Source of the DNA: Dicyema japonicum
Taxonomy: Eukaryota > Animalia > Dicyemida
Assembly (NCBI GenBank): GCA_011109175.1
Contig: RDEW01000031.1
Coordinates: 124,001 to 188,000 of the forward strand
Reading direction: 5' to 3'
Length of the DNA: 64,000 bases
Shown one piece after another: positions 49,770-63,189 of this stretch. The notes under the pieces are model-generated. The model was not told where the DNA came from, did not search any database, and saw only the letters and a list, made by a program, of their open reading frames with translations. Each line of letters begins with the position of its first letter. Position 1 is the stretch's first letter. The translations under genes and the position numbers were made by a program.

Positions 49770-49843
49770 GCCCTGGTAGCTTAGTTGGTTAGAGCGTCGT
49801 GCTTATATCGCGAAGGTCGTGGGTTCGAGTCCCACTCGGGGTA
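49770..49843 (+). tRNA. trnI-UAU: tRNA-Ile(TAT), intronless
   Basis: 74-nt cloverleaf with anticodon loop CTTATAT, perfect T-stem gtggg/cccac and a downstream TTTTT terminator. Confidence 0.8.
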
Positions 49844-49989
49844 CTTTTTGTTGATTTTCTAAAGGTCACATGTATGTCTTGTAACTAGAGTCTAGTTTTT
49901 TGATTAGTTTAATCTAAGCTAGACTCCTCCATTGGCTGCATGCCATTGTCGCTACGCCATCCGGCCTCTTTCTATCACCTCGTCAAGTC

Positions 49990-52900
49990 TGAAGTGTTCC
50001 AGAAATCATGTAAACTCTCATGACGGTCGACTTTAGCATGCTTGACGAGGGAAAGTATTGAACCAGCACCTCAAATTTACAACGGACACCGCCTTTAGAC
50101 ATGTACATCAATGAGTATCTGCTGAACTTCCAAGTTCTTTAAACTCCTTTTTACATAGGATTTAGTCCCAATTTTTTTGGGAGATAAAGTTCTATGAACA
50201 TCTATCCCTCTTGTTGTCCACTGTTGCATAACCGTGTTAACTATAGGATCCGGACTCAATCCGAGTCAGGAACATAGCAGGGAATGGCCAAATCGGCATA
50301 AGTTTCAACTATCTTCGCACCAGAGAACAAAAACTCTAGGCAGTTTTGGACGATGAGACCTCGTCCGGCGGAAAGCCAAGATTTATAATTTCTTTCCTTC
50401 GCATATTTGCTTGCAGACCGAGGTCTGACAAAGTGGGAATAGCGATTTTCAGAACGTTCATAATTGAGGTGTCTCCCTCAATCGTTCATCTATATATTTA
50501 ATGTGGCTGAGATCTTCTGAATAACGTGATCAATAGTAAGGGAGAAGAAGCATAGGAGGGTCACCTTCTGCACATCTGTAAAAGAGTCAACAAGTGTCTA
50601 AATCGGAAATCATAATGGATTTGTTATTACTTCTGATCTAAGAACTAGTGGAAGAGGAAGGATTAACGTTGTGAATTGGAGCGAAAAGAAAGAGTCTGCT
50701 TCAGTCTTCAGGATGGTCAGAAGAAATGGAAGAATCTATAAGACATGAAAGAGTTTCTTCTGCCAGGATCACACTTTATGAATGCGGATGGGGATTCTCA
50801 CCTTTTTTCTCAGAACAGAGTTGGGAGAGTATTCCTATTAACTATCACTGTCAGGGATAAAGAAGGCAGTTTTGTGGTGGTCGAAAAAAAAATAAGATAA
50901 AATAACTTTTAAAATGGTCTTGAGCATCAAAAAAGTTGTTTCTCCTAAAAATAACTTGTCCATTCAAAGAATTTTATATTTTCAGGACGGCTCCTTATTT
51001 TTCTCTCGAACCAACTCTTATATTGACTCTCCTTTTCATGATGCGGCAGAGCAAATTTGTAACGTTCTTTTCGACGACACCACTTGGAAACAGGACACAC
51101 CTCCTGTCAGATTCTATTTACTTTGATGTTTCTCTGCCTGCACATTTTTTCTTTCTTGTGGCCTCAGCCCTAGTCAGGAAGGTTTTATATTCTTCCCTGG
51201 AGCTGACCAATAAAACTGGCTATACATGTTATAGTTAGTTAGTATCCACGACTTCGCTACTTTGTAGGAGGCCGATCAACCTGGACGCTTCCACAAGTTT
51301 TAAATGTTCATCGGAGGTCCTTGGTAAGAGAAAGCTTCTCACATTATCATGGATAGTTGGTCCGATGATGAGAGCACCACTCATCTCTAAGGAGGAAGTG
51401 CCCAGAACATAGTTTTGCTAGGGTTTTCCATTTCTCTATCGAAGGTAGTCTCCGAATAGTCACCAATGGGGAAAGCAATCCAATATTTATCCAAATCTTA
51501 ATCTTTACCCAAACAAGAAAATATAATCAATAATAAACTAAATGTCAATCTATCCGAAAGTCCATTTATAGGACTAACTCTTTTCACTCATTAAACTCAG
51601 AGATCTTGTCCGCCAAACTATCAAGAATGACATCTAAGAGTAGCTCGAGTTTCAGTTCACTTAGCGTCTTAATATCCAATGGAATACACACAATGTTTAT
51701 GTCCTAAATATTCTATAATTGCAACCAAATGAGCTTTCTGTGAAAATTTGCCCTGAGAATTGCCCACACCTGCTATATGCCACACTTCTGTTATATAAAC
51801 TAAAATAAGCTTCAAAACCATTTTCTTACTTATAAAAAACATGGATCTTAAACCTCTTTAAAAGTATCACGAGGAAGATATAATCTTTGTTACTTGCTGT
51901 TTTAAGATGTACTCGGAGTTTTCTAATTTTGAACGAATTGTGAATCAACCATTTCATACTCGTATGGCTCCATATCAATAAGTCCTACAAAATACTAGAG
52001 TGCTTATTTATCTAATGCCTTGAAGAGATTCAGTGAATTTATTATTGAATTTAGTTTTGTGGACACCAAACTCTCAATTCATCTGTTAACTTCTTTGATA
52101 ATAAAGTCGATTTTTCCAGATTCTTTTTAAGACCAACAACTTTGAAATATAAATTCATATCTTCCTTCTTTTTTTACAATAACATCTTCGTTATTCGAGA
52201 CAAATTTCAGATCGTTGATAAAAAAGAGGTGATTAGTCCAAAATGATGATACTGATTGATCCTCATTCAGAATTGAAACTTTCGGGTATTTTCGGAGAGG
52301 AATCTTCATAGTGGGAACTAGCACAAAAAGCGTTGGGGAAAGACTGTCTTCTGCAGAATACCTGTTTCAGTAAAAATATAACAAATATCTCCATTATTTA
52401 ATTTAAGTCTTACTTTCCACCGTGAGATAAGAGATCAGGAATTCTTGATTTTCCAGGATCTCCATTATAAAATTATGATCCAGAGTCAAATGTTTTTTGG
52501 CATCAACCCATGCCCAAACAGTCTATTCTTATTTATTTGATTGACTCATTTGTTAATGATAGGTTGTTCCTGCACATTTTCCTTGTACCCATCTGATTTT
52601 CGGAGATGAGACTAAAAGCCTCCACATACTCCCAAAGTTTTTTGATTAGTAAATTTTGTTATAAGCTTATAAAGTGACGACATGCATATTATAGGTGAAC
52701 ACATGCTTTCACATTTATGAATCAGATAAGTAACCTCGGTATAGAACAAGACAGCAGAAATATTTTTACTCGAGTCATCCTTCTCTCAATGATAAATCAT
52801 GTTCATTCATGGTTTTCTTATTCCAAACATATTTTCAGAATAATTTACATTCATTCGATCAATTGCGGGAATTGAGATCAGCTAATTGTTTGACGTTATT

Positions 52901-53480
52901 TCTGTCTTTTCTATCCAGGTGATCTCGGGATTCTAAATAAATAATTTTACTCGTCATTATTTACTGCTGATTTAAGACTTCCGTAAAAAGTTCTTCGGTT
53001 CAGTTCAAAGTTATGGTCATCCATTCGGACTCTCTTCTTGACTCACTTTCTTTTCAAGAATCTCAATTTTTTTACTCTATAATTGATATTATTCTCGCTC
53101 TCTCCTCAGAGTTTTTATTTGTAGAACCAAACAATGATAGCCCAGGAGGCGCTGCTGGCTTTTCCTCATAAAATTTCTAGTAACATTCATATGAGACTTC
53201 TACTCTTTAATTTTATTAACAATGCCCTCTTTCTATTTGGAGGACCCGTACCTCTTCAATGCATCTATAAAAAAAAACTTGTTTAGCATAGATTATCAAG
53301 GAAGTCTTCATCGAAGCACGTAGATTATCCTTTATGAGTTCCATAGTAACCCGATTAATGTTATTTAGGATTATGACACTTTGGAGAAAGGAATTTTTTC
53401 GTGAGTGGCAATAAATATCTGTTCCCAGGATTATGACACAGTGTTCAATAAATTTTGAAGATTTCTATTCTAAACCTAGT
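49990..53480 (-). mobile_element. Heavily degenerate R4/Dong-like retrotransposon
   Basis: Remnants NHLFFINDLK (YMDD region), GILENQE (GILQGD-like) and LNSIINSLNLFKA; C-terminal RLE-like region near 50000. Confidence 0.6.
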
Positions 53481-53864
53481 GAATAATCTTGCTTTTGGGG
53501 TGAATGACATAAGTTACAACTTGGTTGTTGTGTGAAATAATTCTTTTCTGTGAATTCTCCAAGTGATGCTTCTGTCAACTATTTCCTTTTATGTTTATAA
53601 AATAGCTTTCTGGATTCATAAAAAGTAATTTCCTCTCAAAATTTGACTTGAAACAATCAAAATAATCACTCAACCTCATTAGTAAAACGAGTAAAGGTCT
53701 TTCGATTGGCTTCGAGTAAATCGATTGCCCGCATATTTTTATAAGTGATAGTACAACTGGTAAATTATTCTCATTAGAATGAGTCTATGGCTATAAAACA
53801 AATCAAGCTAACAATAATTAGACATAAAATCAAATATAGTTTATCGTAGAATTTACGATGGAAA

Positions 53865-53938
53865 GCCCTGGTAGCTCAGTTGGTTAGAGCATCGTGCTAA
53901 TAACGCGAAGGTCGCGGGTTCGAACCCCACTCGGGGCA
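53865..53938 (+). tRNA. trnI-AAU: tRNA-Ile(AAT)
   Basis: 74-nt cloverleaf with anticodon loop CTAATAA, one T-stem mismatch and a T7 terminator. Confidence 0.88.
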
Positions 53939-54763
53939 TTTTTTTGTTTATGTTAGGGTAATATATATGCCTTGTTTTTTTAAGATCGGCTATATGAAAA
54001 GGTCAATAAGGATCAAGAGATTGTATCACTTCGGAAGCTTATCTAAATGAGATACCCTTGTTATTCAAACGCCTAGATTGTTATTAACTTTCATCTTTAT
54101 TGTCGGGAGCGCGCACGTGAGACTCAGTGGCTTCTTCAGTTGATCTTAGTTACAAGCATGAGAGGCAACGAAAGTCGATTATGTCGGCTGGGATTATCCT
54201 TGATTAATTTTTGTTTTCAATAAAAATATATTTTAACAATAAAATATTATTTATTAACAATAACGGGGAAGAGCGGTTGCTGACATTACGGAGTAAGCAT
54301 TTCCGCCGCGGTCAATTCGTTGCCTCAGCCAGACCGCTTCCTGCACGAATTTCTTACAATGGGCCAACTTCCCCCGATTTCCTTCAGGAACGAGGCTGTG
54401 ACACTTCCCGCAGCACTAGAAGTTTCGATTGCTACCGGTAAGAAACGAAAGCGATCTTCAATTCCATCATAATTTTTTAATCTTGATTTTCTCTGCAAGA
54501 TCGGTTTCCAATCTAGCAGACTGCGCCGAAGTGAGCTTCATAGAGTTCAACAATTAAGCTAAAATTATTTATTTTCGAATATAGTTTAAAATTATATCCA
54601 TAAAACAAAGTGAAAAAAGAGTTAACATTAAATGAATAAGGAAGCCGAATAGCATAGCTATTCTATTTCAAAATTTAAAATAAAAATCTATAAAATAGCC
54701 ATCTGCGCTCACGAACAACAATTGTTCTGAAAGAAAATAAATAAAAAGGTTGCTAACATCTAA

Positions 54764-55214
54764 GACTGGTTAATGCAATCGTGTTCCCGGTTTTTCTATA
54801 CGGCGCAGAATCATGGATATTGAAAAAGGCGGATAGACAAAAAAATGATGCTTTTGAGCTGTGGTGCTGGAGGAGGTTACTAAGAATCCCTTGGACTTCC
54901 AAAATAACAAACATCGATGTACTCAAACGGGTAGAGACGGACATTTCGCTAGAAGGAAAAATCTTAAAACACAGTTGGGCGTTCTTTAGGCATGTTGTCC
55001 GCTCTGATTCACTGGAAAGAACCATTATGCTGAGCAATATTACTGGGAAGAGAAGACCTGGCCGACCGAAAACTCGGTGGCTATTCCACAGTGGAAGACG
55101 TCACGGGAATGCCTATATCAAGGCTACTCCAAATTGCAACGGATCGGGGAGAGTGGAGGAAACTCGTTCATGAGATCTCCAAGAGTCGACACGACTTAAT
55201 TGGACAACATAACA
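54764..55214 (+). mobile_element. 5'-truncated BovB-like RTE copy with (ACATA)n tail
   Basis: Near-identical to 12915-13335; TSD taacatctaa (54754-54763 / 55215-55224). Confidence 0.92.
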
Positions 55215-55531
55215 TAACATCTAATTATGTTTTTGCTGCATATACGTGCTATATGTGATATGTTTCTCGTGATTCTTGAAAACGCATGACCCGAGATAAG
55301 GTTTGAATATTTCTATTTTTTCGTATTATCAAGGACGAAAAAGAATTGTTGTTTTAACAAAAACCTTAGTCATTATTGCGCGTTAACCGAATTTCAACTC
55401 TGAATTACGACAACATAACAATACTGTTGTTTATAAGGCATAAAAAAATCCAAAAGAAATTTATTAAAGAAAACAAGGGTAAATAGCAGATCGAAATTAA
55501 CGTTAATCATTCCTATAAAATAAAATCAATC

Positions 55532-56098
55532 TCAAACAGGAACGTAGTATTCCCCTTCATTCAACAGTTTGGTGACCTCCTTGGGGGATTTGTTATCCAC
55601 AGTGCAACCGATAGACAGACACGTACCTAAAAATATCAAAAAGAAAATACCAAGAATCTCTTTTGCAACTCCTTTAAGACTGTTGGAAAGACTTGCAGGT
55701 TGCATAGTTTTAGCAATATTAATGACGTCATCAAAAGTTATATTTCCGTTATGTTTAATATTCTTCACCTTCTTTCTGTCCCTTGGAGTCTCTTTTAAAG
55801 CCTAAATTAGGTTTAAAGAAAAGTAGACTTTCATTATGAGAGCAGATGAAGATGGAATAATCTCTGCCTTATACTGACGGTTTTGAATTCTCAGTTGGAC
55901 TGTGACTCGTATTCCCTTCCATTGAGCAGTAAATTTAGCGATTTCTTCACCGACCTTCTTAGCTGGTAATCCGAGGGGAGCAACTTTAGGAGCAATTTGT
56001 GAGCTAGCTCCAATTTCACCACCAATAACTCTCAATTTCACTAAAATGAATATTTTGATTTTACCAAAATGAACTGCATTAGGATCGAATTTAGACAT
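55532..56098 (-). CDS. RPL12: 60S ribosomal protein L12 (uL11), 4 exons
   Basis: MSKFDPN..., [60 protein letters not shown] and [14 protein letters not shown]. Confidence 0.97.
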
Positions 56099-56204
56099 GA
56101 CGCACTATACACAAAAACAAAAACGTGATATTATAAATTTTTTAATAATTTAAATTAATCAAATTTAAATTAAAAATTTTGGTTATTTCTTTTCTTACCG
56201 TTTT

Positions 56205-56540
56205 GGCCTTCTGGCTGAAGTAACGTCTGATGACGTCAAATATGGACATCATGAGTTCGAATCCGAAAAATGGAGTTTTCAGCAAATGTCAATTCTCGTC
56301 AAAAATATCCACTCGTGAGGCACGAGTCACAGTAGTTGAAAGGGATTTTCATACCTTCTCTATGACCAAATCCTCTGGTGGAGATTACAACATGAAGACA
56401 CTTTTGCAGAATGAAGTGATCTCCGCGACAGTATGGCGTGTAATGAAAATGGAAGAAAGTGAACCTACTTCTCCACCTCTCTTCTAAGCAGTAGTTGTAA
56501 TGTCTTATTGAAGGATGGATTTTGTCGGCACGTCGAATAA
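56205..56540 (+). mobile_element. SINE family B
   Basis: ggccttctggctgaag A-box-like head, gagttcgaatcc B-box and homologous body. Confidence 0.65.
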
Positions 56541-56990
56541 CGGAGGATCCCTGATCCAACGTGATTAGGAGAAAACATAACCCCAACGAGCTTATGTAGG
56601 AAAGAGGGAAAACCCAACATCGAGCCAAGCTGACAGTCTAAATGAAATTTGTCGTGATCACTTAGTTTGTTTTTTCGGTTTAACATTGGTTTTGGAATAA
56701 AGATTTGATTAAATTTGATTCATGTGTTGAGATGGACCAACAAGTAAAACCCATGCCGATGTGGAGATGTTGAGCCAAACCCTGGACCAGCTAGGAAAGT
56801 TCAACTGAATGTATGCGGAGTCAAGAGTAAGCTACTTGAAACTATTTTGAGAAATACCTGATCGACATATTATTACTTCAAGAATCCAAAATTTCCACCA
56901 GCAACACCAAGGTTACTGGATTCATAGTTATTGCCGTAACAGACTTGGGAAGCTTAGTGGAAGCCTCATTACTGTCATTCGTAATGGAAT
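56540..56990 (+). mobile_element. Ingi-like LINE 5' fragment with 2A motif and APE start
   Basis: CRCGDVEPNPGP (56763-56789 encodes GDVEPNPGP) directly followed by KVQLNVCG; an LLQES motif occurs in a shifted frame. Confidence 0.7.
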
Positions 56991-58010
56991 TCTGTACGAG
57001 GATATCTAGGAACAAATTTCTTGCATTTAGAGAAGTCTTACATAACAACTCAGCCCTTCTATGAATTCCTTCAGTAATTTGTCACTTTGTCTCAGGCATG
57101 ATAAGGAACTTTGGAGTTTCAATAAAACCCAGATACTTATATCCTTCGTGCTCCTCTAAGACTCTTACTAACTCGCTACATACTTACTTGTTAGTCTAAG
57201 AATTGAATAGCTCAATTCTAGCCCTATACTCTCAAGGAACAAACCCCCATGGAGTAGAGCATAAATTATCAACTCATCAATAAAAAGAAGGTGGTTTGTA
57301 CTAAATTAAACACCCTCGCAATGAACTGGTATTTGCTCACAACGTTCGTTAATGTGGCAACTCAGTGGCTCAAAACAGATGACAAAGAGCAGTGGAGACA
57401 TGCTATCACCCTGAAGGATCCCCCTCTTAAATTTTATCTCGCTTATTTGATTCTCATTATAGGTCAAATGAATACTCGACCTATTCATCACAGCTACTAG
57501 AAAGTTGATGAATTACACAGCCATACATAGACTATGTAGGCATTCGACAAGGTAAGATGATCAACTGACTTCTTCACATCCACCCAAATAGACAAGTGAG
57601 TTTCTATGAGACAAAGATAGAGCAAAGCCTGCTCTTTTTCGTTGACAATTTTGCACACTACCCAACTATTTCTCAGAGACAATTCCATTGGCTTCTACAA
57701 AGCATCTGACTTCAGTAGCCATCAATTTGGTCATCAGCTTATACAGGATTGACATGCAGGTTATGGATCGATAATCTGCAGCAGATTGAGAGTTGTCCAG
57801 CTTTGGGATCGAATAAGTTTCCTAGTGCAGATCCAATCAGGAATAGTTTCCGGCTTAGTAATATTTTTTCTGTATTACATTACACAGACTCGTGCAATGA
57901 AGTGCATCTGATAATAAAGGAAATATACACTTTATCTACCCCAGCCGTTTTCCAATCAGGGAGACATCTCACTGCCTTTTCAAATTTCCTACGGAAAATT
58001 TTAATTCAAT
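56990..58010 (-). mobile_element. R4/Dong-like RT fragment
   Basis: KEQALL, IWVDVKKSVDHL and FKRGILQGDSMSPLLFVICFEPLS. Confidence 0.8.
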
Positions 58011-58122
58011 AATTCTTGTACAATAAATAGTAATTATTACCATTGAAATATCAGGACTCAATCCCTAGTGCTTTTTGTTTTCTATTAAATCAATGATTGA
58101 AGATGTCAATATTTTTGTGATC

Positions 58123-58800
58123 CTATAAACTGAATCTCTCTAGGGCCTTTGACACGGTCCGTCGTGGTCTACTTCTCAGGATACTGGAACAATTTTCGGA
58201 TCCTGATTCTGTCATTATGATCTGAGTGTTGCTATTCGTGCAATGTTGGTACTCCCCTGGAGATTCCCTCTCGCCCCTGCTATCTGGAGACGGCATTACG
58301 AGACATTCGGAAGTTCTATGATGGCAACATTGTGTCAGAAGACAGAAGACAAAATCGGCCCTAAATTTCAATAAACTACCAATTAAATCTGTTACCATAA
58401 AATAAAAAAAATTAAAATCAATTAATAAGTGAATGTTTACATTCCAATGTGGCATCCGTCACTGATATTAACCCGTTGAATAAAAAGCGAGAATTATACA
58501 GGTATAGTTCCACAGGTTGCTTACTCAGTCCGATTTTTTTAAGAATGTATAAACCGTCGCCATCGTTCCCAAATGTAACATTGTAATGGCCAATATATAC
58601 AGATATTCCAGAACCAAAGATTTTATAATGAAACCAGGTATTAATCGTTACTCCTTGTAAACCAAGTCATATTTGGTTTTATTGTAGACTAGTTCGGTTA
58701 TGAAGCAAGGGTGGTTATTTAGATTTTCTGTTTTGAAAAATTTTTCATAGGTATTTGGTGATTTAATTTTTTCCTTTAAAGCAATGGATAGCACTAAATT
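58123..58800 (-). CDS. Possible small multi-exon gene of unknown product
   Basis: ORF 58123-58455 with an intron-like AT segment and upstream open segments. Confidence 0.3.
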
Positions 58801-59034
58801 ACAAATTATTGATTAAATAATACATAATGTCAAGACAATGTTTGTTATTAAAAGATGCACTATTTTTGTTGTAAACAGCATCGCTAAACAAAAAATGTGC
58901 ACTTATGTATAGAAATAAGTGACGATAAAACTTATGGACAAAATTGGAAATCGTAGACTTCCTGTAAATAAAAATATTAAAAAATAATTTAAAAAAATTT
59001 CGATAAATTAAGATTTATCATACAATACATCTTT

Positions 59035-59240
59035 CGTTTGGGGACCCTCGCAAATGTTGCCATGGAGGATTACTTTGTTATGGACACTCCTCGTTTCCGT
59101 GGTCGACCAAGGACGACTCTACCGTACCTCCTTGATAAAGATCTTAAGAAATTGGGAGACGCCTCAAGGACGAGAAAGATCTCGACAGGCTGCGAGATTA
59201 GGCAAAGAATCGCCAGAACTGAGGAAGTTAACTAGTCATT
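59035..59240 (+). mobile_element. RTE-X-like 3' fragment
   Basis: ANVAMEDYF...RFRGRPRTTLP..LDKDLK. Confidence 0.75.
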
Positions 59241-60090
59241 TGATTTCTAGTGTTATGCATTCTCTGTCACGTCTTATGACATATAAAATTTCTCGATTCT
59301 GCACTTTTTAATTGTTGCCTGTTCTTGTTCCTTAGCCCATTGACACATTCTTCTGTTCTCAATTGATTGTTATTGATCAGATGGTATACCTCAATATAGT
59401 CTGCCAATTTTATGTTCACACTTCGTAACTTATATAAAATGGGCATGCATGTAATTTGCCTCAAGTCATTTGACCTATTTCCGAATGGAATAGATAAGAG
59501 CTTCGTAGTGTGTTGCTCAGCATAAATGATGACAGAAATATTATTCGCAGAAGGGTGGCACTTGATAAATTAAAAATTTCCTTTTTTAAGAAGTTGGTAA
59601 GGAATTTTTTGGTAAAGTATCTATAATCCATGGGAAATTGGCCTACTATTTTACTTAGCACAAAATTCATTCAAGCAATTTTCAAAATTGGAAATTTCAG
59701 TATTTAGAATCTAAACTTCCTGACCCTACGGAAAGGTAAATTCTTTTTATTTGACCTTCGCCAGACTCTTCAAATTAGCCACCGATTTTTTCTTACTCCA
59801 GTGGGGATTCCTATAATGGCGGATACTTGGAAAGAACGCGATCCTTGAACAGGATATGTCCCACCCCTACCGGAGGCACCTGATAAAACCTACTATATAT
59901 ATTTGTGGTTATAATCAGCATTGGCAGGAATCTGAAAAAGTTCTTTGAAGCGAGAGTATCCATTCATTTGACGTCAGAGACGTGGGACTTTCTATCAGTA
60001 AACAGAGAGATGGTAATTCCAACTGGAAGTTTTCCGTCTCGTCTACAGGACTTAGGAGAAACTAACCACCCCAAACCTTTTTTTTGAAAA
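59240..60090 (-). mobile_element. R4-like fragments
   Basis: RQITCMPILYKL...YIEVYHLINNNQL, homologous to 1446-1727. Confidence 0.6.
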
Positions 60091-60129
60091 ATAGTAGAAT
60101 TAAAATCGAAGCAGATAGCTGGCTGCCAG

Positions 60130-62900
60130 TATCAACCCTAAAAGGCTTTTTCTAATGATGCCCAGCTACTTCATCGGAAATTTTTTATGGCTAACATAAG
60201 TTCAATTTTCTTTGACTCATGCTCTTTTTTGTAACCCCAATGCAACACCTTAATAAGCTTTAAGAACAATTTCAAAGAAAAAAGTAAGATGATACAATAT
60301 TAAACAATTGTTAAATGGTTTTCTTATGACGAATTCTACGGAGTATTCCAGATTTCTTTGACTTCTTTTCAGCCCCCTTGTCGGAGATAAGAGAAAACTA
60401 TCAATCAAATATTAATGAAAAATACAGTAGATCCGTTAATACTCTCCCTGCGAGAAATACGCTTAAAAACAGACGAATCGTACGAAAAAAGTGACGTCGT
60501 CTCGAATTCATCAACATAATTCATAGACGCCTAAGAAAAAATATCAGGTTAATACCCTCGCAATGTTCATATTCATGTTAATTTCAGGAGATGCTTTAGA
60601 GCTTTTAAAATCCGAATAACCGAATGAAAACATCCGAGTCAAACTATGCGTCAATCTAAGGAAATTCAACAAAAACAAAAACCTTGACAATTTTGACTGA
60701 ATGACACTTGATGGAAGATTATCAATCCCACAATGAAGAATTAGCGAATTCTACATATCAGAAAAAACTACGTTGCTGCAGGAGGTGGAATTACTGATAT
60801 GCTTTGCCAAATCGTCAATAACCTTCTTCTTCACATCGCAATCACCCATTTCTTCTCTAATAAGGGAAAAAGCACAAATAAGCTCACTCATCGAATTAAT
60901 TGACTGCCAAACCAATGCAAATACATAATCTGAATATAAAAAAAGATTAAAAAAACCGCTATCATCTACAAAAATGATGCGACGTATAAACGAATGAGGT
61001 AGCAATGCAATGTGTTTATATGGTTTTGTCTGTCTATGTCCAGGAATGTTAATTTTTCTCCTACATTTGCAGAACTAAAAGTAATATTTGAATGTGAAAC
61101 TTCAAGATAGTCGTTGAATACACAAATTATCATTTCGTCTCCTTCTTTAACCAGCAGATTGGATAATTCTGTCACTTTAATTTTCATCAACAATTTGCTA
61201 CTGGACGATTGCAATGATTGCTTTGAAATTAAGATAATAAAAAACAGGGCATTTGGATATATCATTTATAAGATCAAGCATGCATGCTAAATTGTCATTT
61301 TCCTCACAAAACCGATTAATCTTTCTAAAAATAAATATGCAATGAAACGATAAAGAATTTTCTAGCAAAGAAACTGCTTGAGTAAGAGATGAATGCTCTG
61401 GAAACTTCTCTGAAGTGTACTTTAACATTTCTGGTCTAATTATGATCAGTAACCTTGCAGGAGAAGTTTTGTCTGAGGGAGCCGTTGAATAGGTCTAATA
61501 TAAAGATCAAGGAATTTCTGTCTTGCACTCACTTCAAATGACTCTTTAAGCTAAAAGTAAAAAAAATAAAAAAAAAATAGAATAAACAACAAAAATAAGA
61601 TTAAAAAAGATTAACGAAAATACCTTAACAAATGCCATAAATCTTGGTTTTTCGACCATCAAGTTTTTTACACGTTTAATTGAATCTTTGTATTTATTGG
61701 TAAACCTCATATATCCTGTAGTAATTTGGTCAATCCTTTTAATATAAATTTCCCCAATTGAAGCTTTATCATTCCAATTAGCAGCAATTTGGGACAATTC
61801 ATTCAAAATTGGTCGATGAATTTCATAAAGGTGACTTATAGTTCCAAAAATATAACTGATGTCTGAGATGGAAATAAGTTCTTTATTAGGATCACCGACC
61901 AATTGGGAAGCTCAGTGTAAATATTCTTAAAATATAAAGAATTGAAAGAAAACCTGTCCAATAAACTCCAATACACTACAATAATTAATTTCGGTATTGT
62001 AAAGCTCGTCAAATAAAAAATGTTGCCTAGTTTTGACTGCTGTTGGAGGCGGTTTCTGCTGGCCTTTTGAATCACTATTTGAGGACATTCCTGAACATTT
62101 ACAAACTGCATCTTAAGCCTTAAATTCTAATGTTTATACTTGAGTGTGTCGAAGAAGGCGAAGGTACCGTTATGTGAGTCAAATCAACTTTATTTTTTTC
62201 ATCGATAGAATTTTCGCAGGGAATAGAAACGTTGACTGTAAGCAACTGAGAGTTTGGCCTTTCTTCCACCAGTTCGGCCAGAGTAAATCGCTGTTTTTTG
62301 TCTCGCGGTTGAATATTCTACATTTTTAAAAAATATACATTCAGATAAACCAAATAAGAATTTACGTTCACGTACATGTTAATTTGGATGCATTTCCAGA
62401 ACCACTGAAATCAAAAATTCAAGCAAACTTCCGAACTAACAACAACCACGTTGAGCTTAGAAATAAGGGGGATCTCCGAATCATCGTAATCTTCGAAAAC
62501 AACCACGTGGGTGCAATTACAATCAATCATTTCAACATAAGTACCATCAAATTATATAGGAAAAAACTAACCGTAATTTCCTATTAGATCAATGTAGTGT
62601 TGCAAATCATCTTCTGAAGAAAGTCCGAAAAATGCAATGTGAAGACCATGGAAGCACTTAATTTGATGCTTCAACATGAAATCCTCCGATAGAGGATCGA
62701 AATTTTCGTCATCACGGGCATTCCAGGATTCAGTTATCCAAGAATCCGTTAGAACAGAAATTCCCATGGCTGAGCCTTGAGCTGCTTCAGAAGAATCGGC
62801 TCGTTGACTGATGATGATTTGAATATCTTCAGAAACGATTTTTTTAACCAAGGCTGACATATTATGAAGTAGCGAAACATATTTTCCCTGAAAAAGTTAA
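60130..62900 (-). CDS. ECT2: ECT2/Pebble-like RhoGEF (BRCT-BRCT-DH-PH), multi-exon; 5' exon not located
   Basis: VSLLHNMSALVKK...SWITESWNARDD..F...FHGLHIAFFG (BRCT region), IFGTISHLYEIH...W....IGEIY (DH), MLKYT...HSSLTQAV and CVFNDYLEV (PH). Confidence 0.85.
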
Positions 62901-63189
62901 AAAACAGTATTTAAATTATAAAAAATAGATAAAATACAATAAAAATAAATATTTGAAAATTAAACAAATTTTTTGTAAAAATAATAAAATTGATAAACAA
63001 ATTTACTGATGCGATGAAAATTAAGTGAATAGTTTTAAATTAAATTTAATAATAATCCAATCACAAAATGTTATTCACTACCTAAACTTTCGAATAAAAT
63101 AATATTTTCGAAGTAAATAAATACGTTGATTTATATGAGAATTTAAGAAAAATAATAAAGTTGTTCAAACTGCTTAACAATATTTAGAT

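Noticed and set aside
54095-54220. GC-richer segment ending in an Sm-site-like AATTTTTG
   Set aside because: No U1, U2, U4 or U5 hallmark motifs and no 3' stem after the Sm-like site.
56195-56225. U2 snRNA-like 5' sequence (ggccttctggctgaag)
   Set aside because: No GTGTAGTA branch-pairing region; the sequence is the SINE B head.
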